52,569 nucleotides of DNA from the IMG/VR virus record IMGVR_UViG_3300005573_000120, positions 1 through 52,569 of that record. One strand, 5' to 3'. This DNA is from a virus. Its lineage: Duplodnaviria; Caudoviricetes. Shown one piece after another: positions 28,626 through 37,308 of this stretch; the first letter of the stretch is position 1, and every line of letters starts with the position of its first letter. The notes beneath the pieces were generated by a model that was not told the origin of the DNA, did not search any database, and was given only the letters and a program-made list of their open reading frames with translations. The translations under genes and the position numbers were made by a program.

Positions 28626-28673
28626 TGTTATGATATATTGCAACAGGGACTAAGTAATTGAAGATCTTTGAAA
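28626..28673 (+). promoter_or_regulatory. Extended -10 (TGtTATGAT) followed by boxA-like gatctttgaaa
   Basis: Intergenic; boxA-like word recurs at 34063 as gctctttgaaa. Confidence 0.45.
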
Positions 28674-28675
28674 TT

Positions 28676-28770
28676 TATTATTAGTAGGTAGAGGAGATAC
28701 CGAATTTACACTTGTGGAGACTATAAATTGGTCAATGAAGCAAGAACTCTCAAAAAAGGGAGATTCCAAA
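28676..28770 (+). ncRNA. Stand-alone copy of omegaRNA-like scaffold
   Basis: tattattagtaggtagaggag.taccgaat.tac.cttgtggaga...ggtc..tgaagcaagaactctcaaa..gggaga.tcc matches 7568..7662 with no tnpB ORF attached. Confidence 0.6.
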
Positions 28771-28794
28771 AGAAAGAGGAAGGAATAAGAAAAA

Positions 28795-29331
28795 ATGAGA
28801 AATCCTGCTAAAATTAAGGTTAGTCCTAAGCTTGGTGATCCTTATGGTATTTTTAGTTTTATAGTGGAATGTGATGCGGTGGGAAGGGAGCTTTATGAGG
28901 GTGCTTTTGTATATCTTCAGGATTATATTAAAGGTAGATTTGAGGATGAGGGATTAGATACAAGTGTTATACCAGAAGATATTGATGATTTTGATTTATG
29001 GGTTAGAAGTATTTGTGGCACTGAGACGGTTGGTGCATTTATTGTTACTTATGAGGATTCTGCTTTAGGTGAATTTCCAGAGTTTTATTATGTTTCTCAT
29101 ACATGGTATTCTGCGTATTTGGGTAGGAATTTAGATAAAAAAACGGAGAAAATTATTGAGGAGATTCTTGATAAGTCTCTTACTTTAGAGGATGTTATTA
29201 AAGGATTAGAACATGTTTACGGATATGGTAGTGCAAAAATTATATATGATTTTACTTATAAAAATGCGGATTATTTTGCCGAAGATATGTTTAAACATAT
29301 AGTTAGATATTTAGAATATAATAAAAAATGA
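28795..29331 (+). CDS. Acidic ~170-aa paralogue family protein
   Basis: AFVYLQDYI...GLDTSVIPEDIDDFDLWV. Confidence 0.8.
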   Translation: MRNPAKIKVSPKLGDPYGIFSFIVECDAVGRELYEGAFVYLQDYIKGRFEDEGLDTSVIPEDIDDFDLWVRSICGTETVGAFIVTYEDSALGEFPEFYYVSHTWYSAYLGRNLDKKTEKIIEEILDKSLTLEDVIKGLEHVYGYGSAKIIYDFTYKNADYFAEDMFKHIVRYLEYNKK

Positions 29332-29346
29332 AGAGATAAGGGAAAA

Positions 29347-29880
29347 ATGAGAGACAGCGTTTCAATTATAATTATTCCTTCATCTGAACTTGGTTTAGAT
29401 GAATTTGAATTATTAACTGAAATAATGGGGTCGGATAAGGTTTTTGAAGAAGCTTATGAAGAAGCTTATGAAGTTCTGAAGGATTATATTGAAGATAATC
29501 TTATTGAAAGAGGATTAGATACGACTATTGTGCCAGATGATCTAAATGATTTTAAGGTATGGATTCAAAGTATCTCTGATTGGGTTGATGATTATATTGA
29601 GTATTACGCTGGTTTTGCTGTGTTTGAAGCTGAAAAAAATTTAATGCCAATAGGCTATAAGATTGTAGAAGGGCAAGTAGATAGAAAAACAGAGGAGGCT
29701 ATTGAAGAGATTTTTCGGAAGAATGTATATTTTGAAGAAGTTCTTGCAGGGTTAAAAGAGTTTTTTGGGCTTAACATTACAATAGATAAATATGATTATT
29801 GTTATAACGAATCATATGTTACTGCTGTCTTGATTCTTGAAGATGTGATTAGATATTTAGAGGATCGTGAAAAAAAATAA
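29347..29880 (+). CDS. Acidic ~170-aa paralogue family protein
   Basis: LIERGLDTTIVPDDLNDFKVW. Confidence 0.8.
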   Translation: MRDSVSIIIIPSSELGLDEFELLTEIMGSDKVFEEAYEEAYEVLKDYIEDNLIERGLDTTIVPDDLNDFKVWIQSISDWVDDYIEYYAGFAVFEAEKNLMPIGYKIVEGQVDRKTEEAIEEIFRKNVYFEEVLAGLKEFFGLNITIDKYDYCYNESYVTAVLILEDVIRYLEDREKK

Positions 29881-29894
29881 GGAGGTAATGAAGG

Positions 29895-30434
29895 ATGAGA
29901 TTCTTTACTACAATTACAATTATTCCTTTTTGGCATGAATTTAACTTAAGAGAATTTGAATTATTATTTGAGGTATCGGGGTCAGATAGGCTTTTTGAAG
30001 AAGCTTATAAAGATCTTCAGGATTTTATTAAAAGTAGTCTTATTGAAAGAGGATTAGATACGACTATTGTGCCAGATGATCTAAATGAATTTAAGGTATG
30101 GGTTGAGGGCATTTCTGATTGGATCGTTGATTATATTGAGTATTATACTGATTATGCTGTATTTGATACCCAAAAAGATTTTATGCCATTAGGCCTTGAG
30201 ATTTCAAAAGGGCAAGTAGATAAAAAAACAAAGGAAGCTATTAAAGAGATTTTTCGGAAGAATGTATATTTGGAAGAAGTTGTTGCAGGATTAAAAGAGT
30301 ATTTTGGACCTAATTCTACTATAAAAAAAGATCGCTATGATTATAATAGGATAGAAGCATGGCGAAGTGCTGATGAGATTGTTAAAGATGTGATTAACCT
30401 TTTTTATATAACAGAGTATAGAAAAAAAGAATAA
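29895..30434 (+). CDS. Acidic ~170-aa paralogue family protein (recent duplicate of 29347)
   Basis: LIERGLDTTIVPDDLNEFKVW; long near-identical nucleotide blocks shared with 29347. Confidence 0.8.
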   Translation: MRFFTTITIIPFWHEFNLREFELLFEVSGSDRLFEEAYKDLQDFIKSSLIERGLDTTIVPDDLNEFKVWVEGISDWIVDYIEYYTDYAVFDTQKDFMPLGLEISKGQVDKKTKEAIKEIFRKNVYLEEVVAGLKEYFGPNSTIKKDRYDYNRIEAWRSADEIVKDVINLFYITEYRKKE

Positions 30435-30446
30435 GGAGGTAAGAGA

Positions 30447-32291
30447 ATGAAAAAAAGAGAATATTTTATTAAAGCAGGTTCAGGAAAATTTAGTTATAAT
30501 GATTGGAAGGTAGTTATAGAAGACAGAGGGAAATACAAGATAGCTAAATTAGGTGATGGTAAAGAATTTCCGTTTAGGAAAATTATAACAAGTTCTATTT
30601 CTGAGCAGGATTTTGCGGGTTCTGTTTTGAAGGATTTAGTAGGTTCGGGTTTGAAAAATACTATTAAAAAGTATGGTTTTACTCCTCGTTTTAAGTCTAT
30701 AGTTGAAGATGGGGTTGTGGATAAGAGACCTGGTGTTTCTCCTCATAAGGATAGGGTAACTAATGAGGGGATTGTAGATAAGAGGGATTTTAAGGTTAAT
30801 GATGTTGATAGGTCTGTTATAGATGAAGGGGTTTTGGATAAGAGGAGTAGATTAAATAGAAGTCTTGATAGAAGGATAGCGCTTCGGAGATTAGAAAGGA
30901 GATTAGCTTTGAAGAGGTTAAAGGAGAAATTGGCTTCAAGAGGATTGAAAAAGGATGATAAAGAAGGTATTGATAGAAGGAGATTGAGAAGAGGGTTAGG
31001 TGTGAGTTCTAATTCTGGTATAGGTAGAATTAGACCTTTAGGGTTGAGAAAAGTAGATAGAATAGGTTCTGATAAAAAATTGGGTTCAGATAGAATTAAG
31101 AGGTTATTAAGGCGTGCAAGGATAAGGAGATTGCTGAGGGATAGAGGTTTGAGTGGTGAAAGGCTTTCTAAACTTAAGGCTATTAGAGAGGTTTCTAAAA
31201 AGAAAAATTTAAAGAAGAAACCTTTGGATTTAGAGAGGAAGGGATTGAGTCTTGATAATAAGGTTTCTGTTAATAAGCCTAAATGGGTAAATTATATAAA
31301 GGTTGGTTCTTTGATTAAGGAATTGAAGAGGGTTTATAGTGAGTATCATTTTAAGGATCGGGATAATAAGGAAAAATTAGCTAATCATAGTATTATATCT
31401 TTGTTTGGTGATTCTTCTATAAGGAAGGCGCAAGAGGGTGTTGAGACTTTGCCTGATGCTCAATTAAAGGAGAATTTTGATGTCCCAGGGCTTGTGGAGG
31501 AGGTAGTTAATTTTTATATTGAGGATGAGGAGATGGGCTCTTCTGAAGCAGTTGAACAGATTGTAGATTCGTTTGTATCTAAGGAAGCTCCAGAGGAGGT
31601 AAAGGAAGAGATTTCTGAATTTGTTGAAGATATAGCTAAAGGGGTTGAAAAAGAAACCAAAGAAACTACGGAGGAAAAGGAGGTTGAAATTGAAACCAAA
31701 GAAGATGAGGATAAGGGTTCGGAAGGGATTGAAAAGGAGATTAAAGAGGTTGAAGATGGAGTTAAGGAGATTGAGGAAGAGGTTACTACTCCGACTGCGG
31801 AAGAGGTTGGAATTGATGAGGTAGAGGTAGTTTCAAAGAGGACTGCAGATTTAGCTTTAAATAAGTTTAAGAAGGTTTTGAGGATTTCTGCAATTCGTCA
31901 GGCTTTGAATATAGAGCCTTCTGGATTGTATAAGATGAAGATAAATTTAATGGATGAGATGTTGAAGAAGGGATTTAGAAAGTCGGATGCAACAGAGGTT
32001 ATTGAAAAGGCGTTTAGGAATTCTTTAGGTGAGGATGTAGTTGGTGAGTTAATTAAGTCTGCTAGTGATTTATTTGATATGGATGATAAATCTATTGGAT
32101 TGATTGAGAAGGATTTAGAAAAGTTAAGTCCAGTAGATATTTTGAGTATTGTTTCAGCTTCAGATGAAAAGGTAGAAGATAAAGATGTAAAACTTTTTGC
32201 AAAGACTGGTTCAGGTTTATTTGAAGATGACGAGTTTGAGAAGGTGTTAAGAAATTCTTTGCCAAATTTTGGTATTGAGAGGAAAAGATAA
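30447..32291 (+). CDS. Scaffold/core-like head protein with very basic then very acidic tracts
   Basis: Position before decoration and capsid genes; R/K-rich middle, E-rich later region. Confidence 0.55.
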   Translation: MKKREYFIKAGSGKFSYNDWKVVIEDRGKYKIAKLGDGKEFPFRKIITSSISEQDFAGSVLKDLVGSGLKNTIKKYGFTPRFKSIVEDGVVDKRPGVSPHKDRVTNEGIVDKRDFKVNDVDRSVIDEGVLDKRSRLNRSLDRRIALRRLERRLALKRLKEKLASRGLKKDDKEGIDRRRLRRGLGVSSNSGIGRIRPLGLRKVDRIGSDKKLGSDRIKRLLRRARIRRLLRDRGLSGERLSKLKAIREVSKKKNLKKKPLDLERKGLSLDNKVSVNKPKWVNYIKVGSLIKELKRVYSEYHFKDRDNKEKLANHSIISLFGDSSIRKAQEGVETLPDAQLKENFDVPGLVEEVVNFYIEDEEMGSSEAVEQIVDSFVSKEAPEEVKEEISEFVEDIAKGVEKETKETTEEKEVEIETKEDEDKGSEGIEKEIKEVEDGVKEIEEEVTTPTAEEVGIDEVEVVSKRTADLALNKFKKVLRISAIRQALNIEPSGLYKMKINLMDEMLKKGFRKSDATEVIEKAFRNSLGEDVVGELIKSASDLFDMDDKSIGLIEKDLEKLSPVDILSIVSASDEKVEDKDVKLFAKTGSGLFEDDEFEKVLRNSLPNFGIERKR

Positions 32292-32308
32292 AATAAGGAG
32301 GTAAGAAG

Positions 32309-32995
32309 ATGTTAGACAGAACAAGGACTATTGCTGAACGAAGATTAGGGGTAGATCCAGTTGATCCTAATACTTCGTTTGAAGAAGGTGCATTATTGCA
32401 TTGGAGTTCTAATGGTTGGAAGGTTTCAGATGATGCAGATGGAACTGTGATTAGAGGGATTGCAGGTATAAATAAACAGAGCTCAGTTAATGGAGTTGTA
32501 ATTAAGGAGAGTATAACTTTTGGAGATGATGATACTGCTACTTTAAATCATGCTAATTTAGTTGAAGGTTCTGAAATGGTGACTTCTGTAGATGAAAGCA
32601 CTGCATATAGTAAAACCACCGATTATACTATAAATTATACTAATGGTATAGTTACTCGTGTAAGTGGTGGTGGTATATCTGCTGGGGCGACTGTTTTGAT
32701 AAGTTATTCTTATCAGAGGACTTTGCAGGAGATTGAGGAAGAGATTGGGATGCCGATTACGAATAGTTTAGATGAGACTTTTGGTTCCAATAAGGTTGTA
32801 GTTTTTCAGGGGAGATGTAGGATTGCGACTACTTGTTATGATACTTCTAAGGCTTATGCTGTAAATGATGCTTTGTATGATAATGGAGATGGTTTATTGA
32901 CTTCAGATAGCACTGGTAGTAAGGTTCAGGTTGGTAGGGTTTTAAAAGTTCCAGAAGCTAGTGATCCATATTTAATTGCGGATTTATCATTATAA
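32309..32995 (+). CDS. Head decoration/stabilising protein
   Basis: Immediately upstream of MCP; YDTSKAYAVNDALY...GLLT...VGRV pattern; DYTINYTNG beta insertion. Confidence 0.65.
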   Translation: MLDRTRTIAERRLGVDPVDPNTSFEEGALLHWSSNGWKVSDDADGTVIRGIAGINKQSSVNGVVIKESITFGDDDTATLNHANLVEGSEMVTSVDESTAYSKTTDYTINYTNGIVTRVSGGGISAGATVLISYSYQRTLQEIEEEIGMPITNSLDETFGSNKVVVFQGRCRIATTCYDTSKAYAVNDALYDNGDGLLTSDSTGSKVQVGRVLKVPEASDPYLIADLSL

Positions 32996-33013
32996 AAAAG
33001 GAGGTAGGATAAG

Positions 33014-34057
33014 ATGAGAAATCCATATAAAGAATATGCTGAAAAAAAGACTGGAAAGATTTGGGAGGAATTGGATAAAGATTTTGATAGAAAAGGTGAA
33101 TTAAATGCTTGGGATAAGAAAGATGCAGGGACGAAGATAGCTAGTATTTTAGATAAAGTAGCAGGGACGAGACCTCAGCTAATAAAAGAGAAGGCTTTAG
33201 ATGAATCAACTAAGCGTCGTATTTTAGCTTCAATTTCTGCTAATCCTGAAAAGGGTATGAGTGTTGTGGCTCAGGTGATGGGTGATGCAGTTTATAAGAT
33301 TGTGGATTATGCTGGATGGGCAAGAAAAATTTTCAATGTAAAAACTATAGCTCAGGGAGATGTTTTTAGGGTTCCAAAAGATGTTGATGTAGCTGGTTGG
33401 GTGGTAGCAGGTGATGGTCAGACTTTAGTTAGTCAGGTAAGAACTAAATATGTATTTCCTGGTGAGTTTAAGATTACAGCATTTACAGAGATTGATATTC
33501 AGGATGTGGTTCAGGCGAATTGGGATATTTTTGCTCGTGGAATTGATAGGTCTGCTCAACAGATAATGAGGAATGAGGATGTTCGTGCAGTAGCACTATT
33601 AACTAATGCTTCTCGGACTGTGAATGATACTGTTACCTATGCTACTTTGTCTTTGGGTGTATTTGAAGATATTAGGTATCAGGTAGAGAGATGGAGATTG
33701 ACAGTGGATAAATTTATTATTTCTCGTAGTGAACTTTCAGATATAGTTAAGACTATGAGTGGTCAGGTGGATTTTGTTACTCAGCGTGAATTGATTTTAG
33801 CTGGTTATATTGGTAATGTATTGAATGCTCAGATTATTACTAGTGCTGGTATAGGGGTTGAGGAGGTTGTTCCTGCTGGTGTAGTATTTGCGGTGACTGA
33901 GGGGAACTATTTAGGACAGCTTGGTGAGAGGTTGGCTTTGGTAAGTGAGGAGTATAGCGCAGTGGTTAGGAATGAGTTGAAGAGAGGTGTCGCTCAGTAT
34001 GAGATTATTGGTATTGGTATTGGTAATAGCAGAGCGGTTGCGATGGGGACTAAGTGA
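33014..34057 (+). CDS. Major capsid protein (HK97 fold predicted)
   Basis: 347 aa in canonical position; YAGWARKIF...I.RNED...YEIIGIGIGNSRAVA pattern. Confidence 0.85.
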   Translation: MRNPYKEYAEKKTGKIWEELDKDFDRKGELNAWDKKDAGTKIASILDKVAGTRPQLIKEKALDESTKRRILASISANPEKGMSVVAQVMGDAVYKIVDYAGWARKIFNVKTIAQGDVFRVPKDVDVAGWVVAGDGQTLVSQVRTKYVFPGEFKITAFTEIDIQDVVQANWDIFARGIDRSAQQIMRNEDVRAVALLTNASRTVNDTVTYATLSLGVFEDIRYQVERWRLTVDKFIISRSELSDIVKTMSGQVDFVTQRELILAGYIGNVLNAQIITSAGIGVEEVVPAGVVFAVTEGNYLGQLGERLALVSEEYSAVVRNELKRGVAQYEIIGIGIGNSRAVAMGTK

Positions 34058-34150
34058 TTAAAGCTCTTTGAAATTTATTATTAGTAGGTAGGGGAGCTAC
34101 CGAATTTTTGACCTGTTGATATTATATCAGCAGAGGTGGGTGAAATTCCC
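34046..34150 (+). ncRNA. Structured leader: boxA-like word, omegaRNA 5' stem, then two different hairpins
   Basis: 34046..34107 is 57/62 identical to 28646..28707; then ctgttgata/tatcagcag stem and gggtgaaattccc. Confidence 0.5.
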
Positions 34151-34174
34151 TGAAGTTTTAGGAAGGGGATTTAA

Positions 34175-35077
34175 ATGGGGGCAAAGGATAAAGATGGTAA
34201 GGTTGTAATGGTTGTGGATAAAAATGGGTCTTGTCTTGATTTGACAAGACCAGCTAAAGTTAGAAAGTTGATAGCTTCAGATAGAGCAGTTTTGATAAGT
34301 TCTCAGCCTCCAATAATAAAATTAAAAAAATCTGTAAGGAGGATCAAGATGGATATTAGAAAAATTAACGAGTATTTTGACAAGAATCGTGAGGTTTTTG
34401 TTCAGAACATTTCTGGAGGTGTTGTTTCTTTATCTTTTTATCATCCTGATGGTCGTATAGAGCCTTTTTCTTTGCCTAATGATAGGCGTCCTATTTGTTT
34501 GACTAATTGGATTACGAAGGATTTAATAAGGAATAGTGTTGATTTTCGTAGGTTGCTGATGAGGAAGCCACCTGCTATCAGGTTGTTATCGGAAAATGAG
34601 TATTCTGAGTTGATACATAAGGTAGCTAGGGAAACTGGTAAATCTGTTGTGGATGTTGAGTCTGATATAGCGGAGAAGATTACTAATAGAGGAGGTTATG
34701 TTGTTCCTTCTTCTGGTGAGGATTTAGGATTGAAAGTAGAGCCTCCACCAAGTTCTATGGCTGCTGAATTATCTGCTAAGGCTGAGGTTGCTCCTAAGTC
34801 TGATGAGGTTGTTCCTAAGTCTGATGAGGTTGTTCCTAAAAAAGCGGATATAGATGTTCCTGGGATAGCTGATGTGGGTATAAATCCTCGTGTTTTACAG
34901 ATAGTGGCTAATTGTTCTGAAAGCGCAGAGAATAGGATAAAGGCTCAGGATGCTATTGCAGAGTTAGCCTTATTGAATTTAACTGATATAGATTTGAATT
35001 ATATTATAGGTAATTGTGCCTATAAGACGGTTAGGGCTTGGGCTCAGAAAAAGCTTTCAGAGGTGAATAAAAAATGA
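34175..35077 (+). CDS. Head-region protein with N-terminal PLMP/RRXRR-like (IscB-type) domain; second start at 34349
   Basis: VMVVDKNGSCLDLTRPAKVRKLIASDRAVLISSQPPIIKL resembles the IscB PLMP consensus; aaggagg SD before in-frame ATG 34349. Confidence 0.7.
   Translation: MGAKDKDGKVVMVVDKNGSCLDLTRPAKVRKLIASDRAVLISSQPPIIKLKKSVRRIKMDIRKINEYFDKNREVFVQNISGGVVSLSFYHPDGRIEPFSLPNDRRPICLTNWITKDLIRNSVDFRRLLMRKPPAIRLLSENEYSELIHKVARETGKSVVDVESDIAEKITNRGGYVVPSSGEDLGLKVEPPPSSMAAELSAKAEVAPKSDEVVPKSDEVVPKKADIDVPGIADVGINPRVLQIVANCSESAENRIKAQDAIAELALLNLTDIDLNYIIGNCAYKTVRAWAQKKLSEVNKK
34783..34839 (+). repeat. 21-bp coding tandem repeat (EVVPKSD) about 2.7 copies
   Basis: tgaggttg[c/t]tcctaagtctga units. Confidence 0.85.
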
Positions 35078-35310
35078 AAAGAACGGAAAATGGTGGATTT
35101 TTGAAAAAGTCTGATAGAGTAGGTGCTGGTTGGGAGGGCTTACCTCGTGGTTGGACAAGGGAAAGTTTAGAATCTTTTTGGGAATCAATAGGTGGTTCTG
35201 TAACAAAGTGTATAAAGAAAATGAAGGGTAAGGTTTCTGATCCAGCTTCTTATTGTGCAAGTTTGAAGGATATGATAGAAGGGACTACCTATTGGCGGGG
35301 GAAGGAGTGA
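35074..35310 (+). CDS. Small Trp/Cys-containing phage head-region protein
   Basis: KCIKKMKGKVSDPASYCASLK motif; ATGA coupling to upstream gene. Confidence 0.65.
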   Translation: MKRTENGGFLKKSDRVGAGWEGLPRGWTRESLESFWESIGGSVTKCIKKMKGKVSDPASYCASLKDMIEGTTYWRGKE

Positions 35311-35311
35311 G

Positions 35312-35539
35312 ATGTCTAATAGGCTAGATGATTTGCCAGATGCTTTCAATGATTTTAGTAATTATTTAAGTAGATTAAAACTTTTGATTCTTGATTTGAA
35401 TGATACTTATTTAGATAAGAATTTGATGAATGAAGTTAGGAGTTTGATTTTTAACATTGTGGCTAGTAGAGATAGGTTGGGTGTGGTGATTAACAAACTC
35501 TTGGATAGAGAAGAGGAGAATTCAAAAAGGAGTGAATGA
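35312..35539 (+). CDS. Hypothetical protein
   Basis: ORF track, SD aaggag. Confidence 0.6.
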   Translation: MSNRLDDLPDAFNDFSNYLSRLKLLILDLNDTYLDKNLMNEVRSLIFNIVASRDRLGVVINKLLDREEENSKRSE

Positions 35540-35913
35540 TGCCTAAAGTTAGGGGGAAGGTTTTAGGCTCTCTTGTAGATGATTTTTCTGTTAGTTTTGA
35601 TGAGGATTTAGGTGGGGATGAGTTTAAGGGTATATTTAAGCAAGGTATAGGTTCTGTTATATATAGAATATCTTTGATTGTGAATAATGTTACAACTGAT
35701 ACTACAGTTAGAGTTGTGGTTAGGAATTATGATGGTGATGAGTATATTTTGTTTGAAGATAAGACTACTATAATAGGGGGAGATAATCCTGTTGCTTATT
35801 TTTCTTGGTTTGATAAGTTTTTATTTTTAGGTTCTAATGAATATTTAGGGATTATAACAGATGGTGCTACGGGAGGAATGATAACTTTAGTGGGGGTGTT
35901 AGCTCATCCATAA
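35536..35913 (+). CDS. Hypothetical beta-rich virion protein
   Basis: ORF track, ATGA overlap. Confidence 0.6.
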   Translation: MMPKVRGKVLGSLVDDFSVSFDEDLGGDEFKGIFKQGIGSVIYRISLIVNNVTTDTTVRVVVRNYDGDEYILFEDKTTIIGGDNPVAYFSWFDKFLFLGSNEYLGIITDGATGGMITLVGVLAHP

Positions 35914-36764
35914 TGATTGTATCTAATTTTATAGGATTTGGGAATGAGCCTTATACTAGTCCAGAAGGGGTTGTTATTTGTTTAAAGAGTTTAAATAAGA
36001 GGGTAAAGATATTTTTTGTGGATGGGGATGGTAATCCTGCTAATCCTTATTCTGTGTATGTAAAGGTTCTGGATGAATCTGATAGGGTATTGTTAGAGGG
36101 TGATTTAGAGAGTGGTATTGTTAAGAAGGAGTCTGATGGTTGTTATTATGTTAATTTAGTTGATTCTGATTATGATTTATCTTCTTATGCTCCGAAGTTT
36201 TTGACTTTTACTTGGTTATATAAGGAGTTAGTGGATGGTGAGGAGTTGTATGCAGTTAGTAATGTTTATGTGATAAGTAATAAGGTTTATAATTGGTTTC
36301 CTCGTTTAAGGAATGAAATAGATAAGAGTCGTAAGTTATTGAATGCGAATATAGGTTTTTCTGATGGTAATTTGTATTTTTATTTAAAGGGTGGTTTGGA
36401 TGAGATAAATACTTTTCCACCTGTGACTAGTTTTATTTTAGATAATTTTCCTGATAGATATGGTCAATTAATAATTGATAGCTCTACTGTGGTTGCTTTG
36501 GTTTCTCAATCTTTGTATGCGGTTGATACTGATGTTCCGAGTTATTCTGATCAGGGGTTTAGTTTTTCTACGGATCATTTTAATCGGTTGCAGAGTGTAT
36601 TAAATACTTTGTTATCTAAAATTAAAGACCAGTTGAGGATGCTTAAGATGGAGTTTAGTAGTATAGGTTCTGTTAATGTTCAGGTTGTTCCTTATTATCC
36701 GTTAGCGGTGATGTTGAAGACCGCTCCGACTGGTTCTATATTTAGGAATTTTTTTGTTAGTTAG
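35913..36764 (+). CDS. Putative head-tail adaptor/neck protein
   Basis: Position; EINTFPP..., SYSDQGFSFS pattern typical of myovirus neck proteins. Confidence 0.55.
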   Translation: MIVSNFIGFGNEPYTSPEGVVICLKSLNKRVKIFFVDGDGNPANPYSVYVKVLDESDRVLLEGDLESGIVKKESDGCYYVNLVDSDYDLSSYAPKFLTFTWLYKELVDGEELYAVSNVYVISNKVYNWFPRLRNEIDKSRKLLNANIGFSDGNLYFYLKGGLDEINTFPPVTSFILDNFPDRYGQLIIDSSTVVALVSQSLYAVDTDVPSYSDQGFSFSTDHFNRLQSVLNTLLSKIKDQLRMLKMEFSSIGSVNVQVVPYYPLAVMLKTAPTGSIFRNFFVS

Positions 36765-36770
36765 TGGAGG

Positions 36771-37121
36771 GTGAAAATGGATTTGAATGATTTTATTTAT
36801 TTATTACCTTCTGGGTTAGTGGTTCTATTGGTTTTATATTGGGTTTTATCTCAATTTTTTCCTACCTTGAAGGGTAGGAATGGTAATAAGGATGTGATGG
36901 TGAATAAGATTTTTAATTCTTATACTGATTTTTTGGATAAGGTTCTATTTTTATTAAATGAAAATAAAGATGCTCTCAGTGAGTTTAAGGGTTTATCAGC
37001 TTCGTTAGAAAATCATATTAGAGAGATAGAGAAGAGGTTGAATGAGATTCAGAGTCAATTAAGGGAGGTTTGTTTTAAGATTGATAAACTTTTTGATAGG
37101 GTATGGAGGAGTGAGAAATGA
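36771..37121 (+). CDS. Holin-like membrane protein
   Basis: Single N-terminal TM segment then coiled coil. Confidence 0.45.
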   Translation: MKMDLNDFIYLLPSGLVVLLVLYWVLSQFFPTLKGRNGNKDVMVNKIFNSYTDFLDKVLFLLNENKDALSEFKGLSASLENHIREIEKRLNEIQSQLREVCFKIDKLFDRVWRSEK

Positions 37122-37297
37122 TTTTGGATAGGGGTTTAAATAGAAAGATGAAGGAGTATTTGGAACTTATGGAGAAGGTTAACAAAGCTATAGATTTATA
37201 TATTATAGATTTGAGAAAATTTAGAGAAGAGATTGCAAAAATCAAGGAAAGAGCTGGTGGTTCTGATTTAGAGGATTGTGGAAAGTTAGATAATTAA
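37118..37297 (+). CDS. 59-aa hypothetical protein (not in ORF track)
   Basis: ATGA overlap, ggagg SD; MILDRGLNRKMKEYLELMEK...GKLDN*; fills the intergenic gap. Confidence 0.6.
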   Translation: MILDRGLNRKMKEYLELMEKVNKAIDLYIIDLRKFREEIAKIKERAGGSDLEDCGKLDN

Positions 37298-37308
37298 AAG
37301 ATTTAAAA

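Noticed and set aside
21035-30434. Diversity-generating retroelement acting on the acidic paralogues
   Set aside because: No reverse transcriptase in the window and differences between repeats are not adenine-restricted
34135-34155. FMN riboswitch-like word gggtgaaattccc
   Set aside because: The other conserved FMN riboswitch elements and any flavin gene are absent
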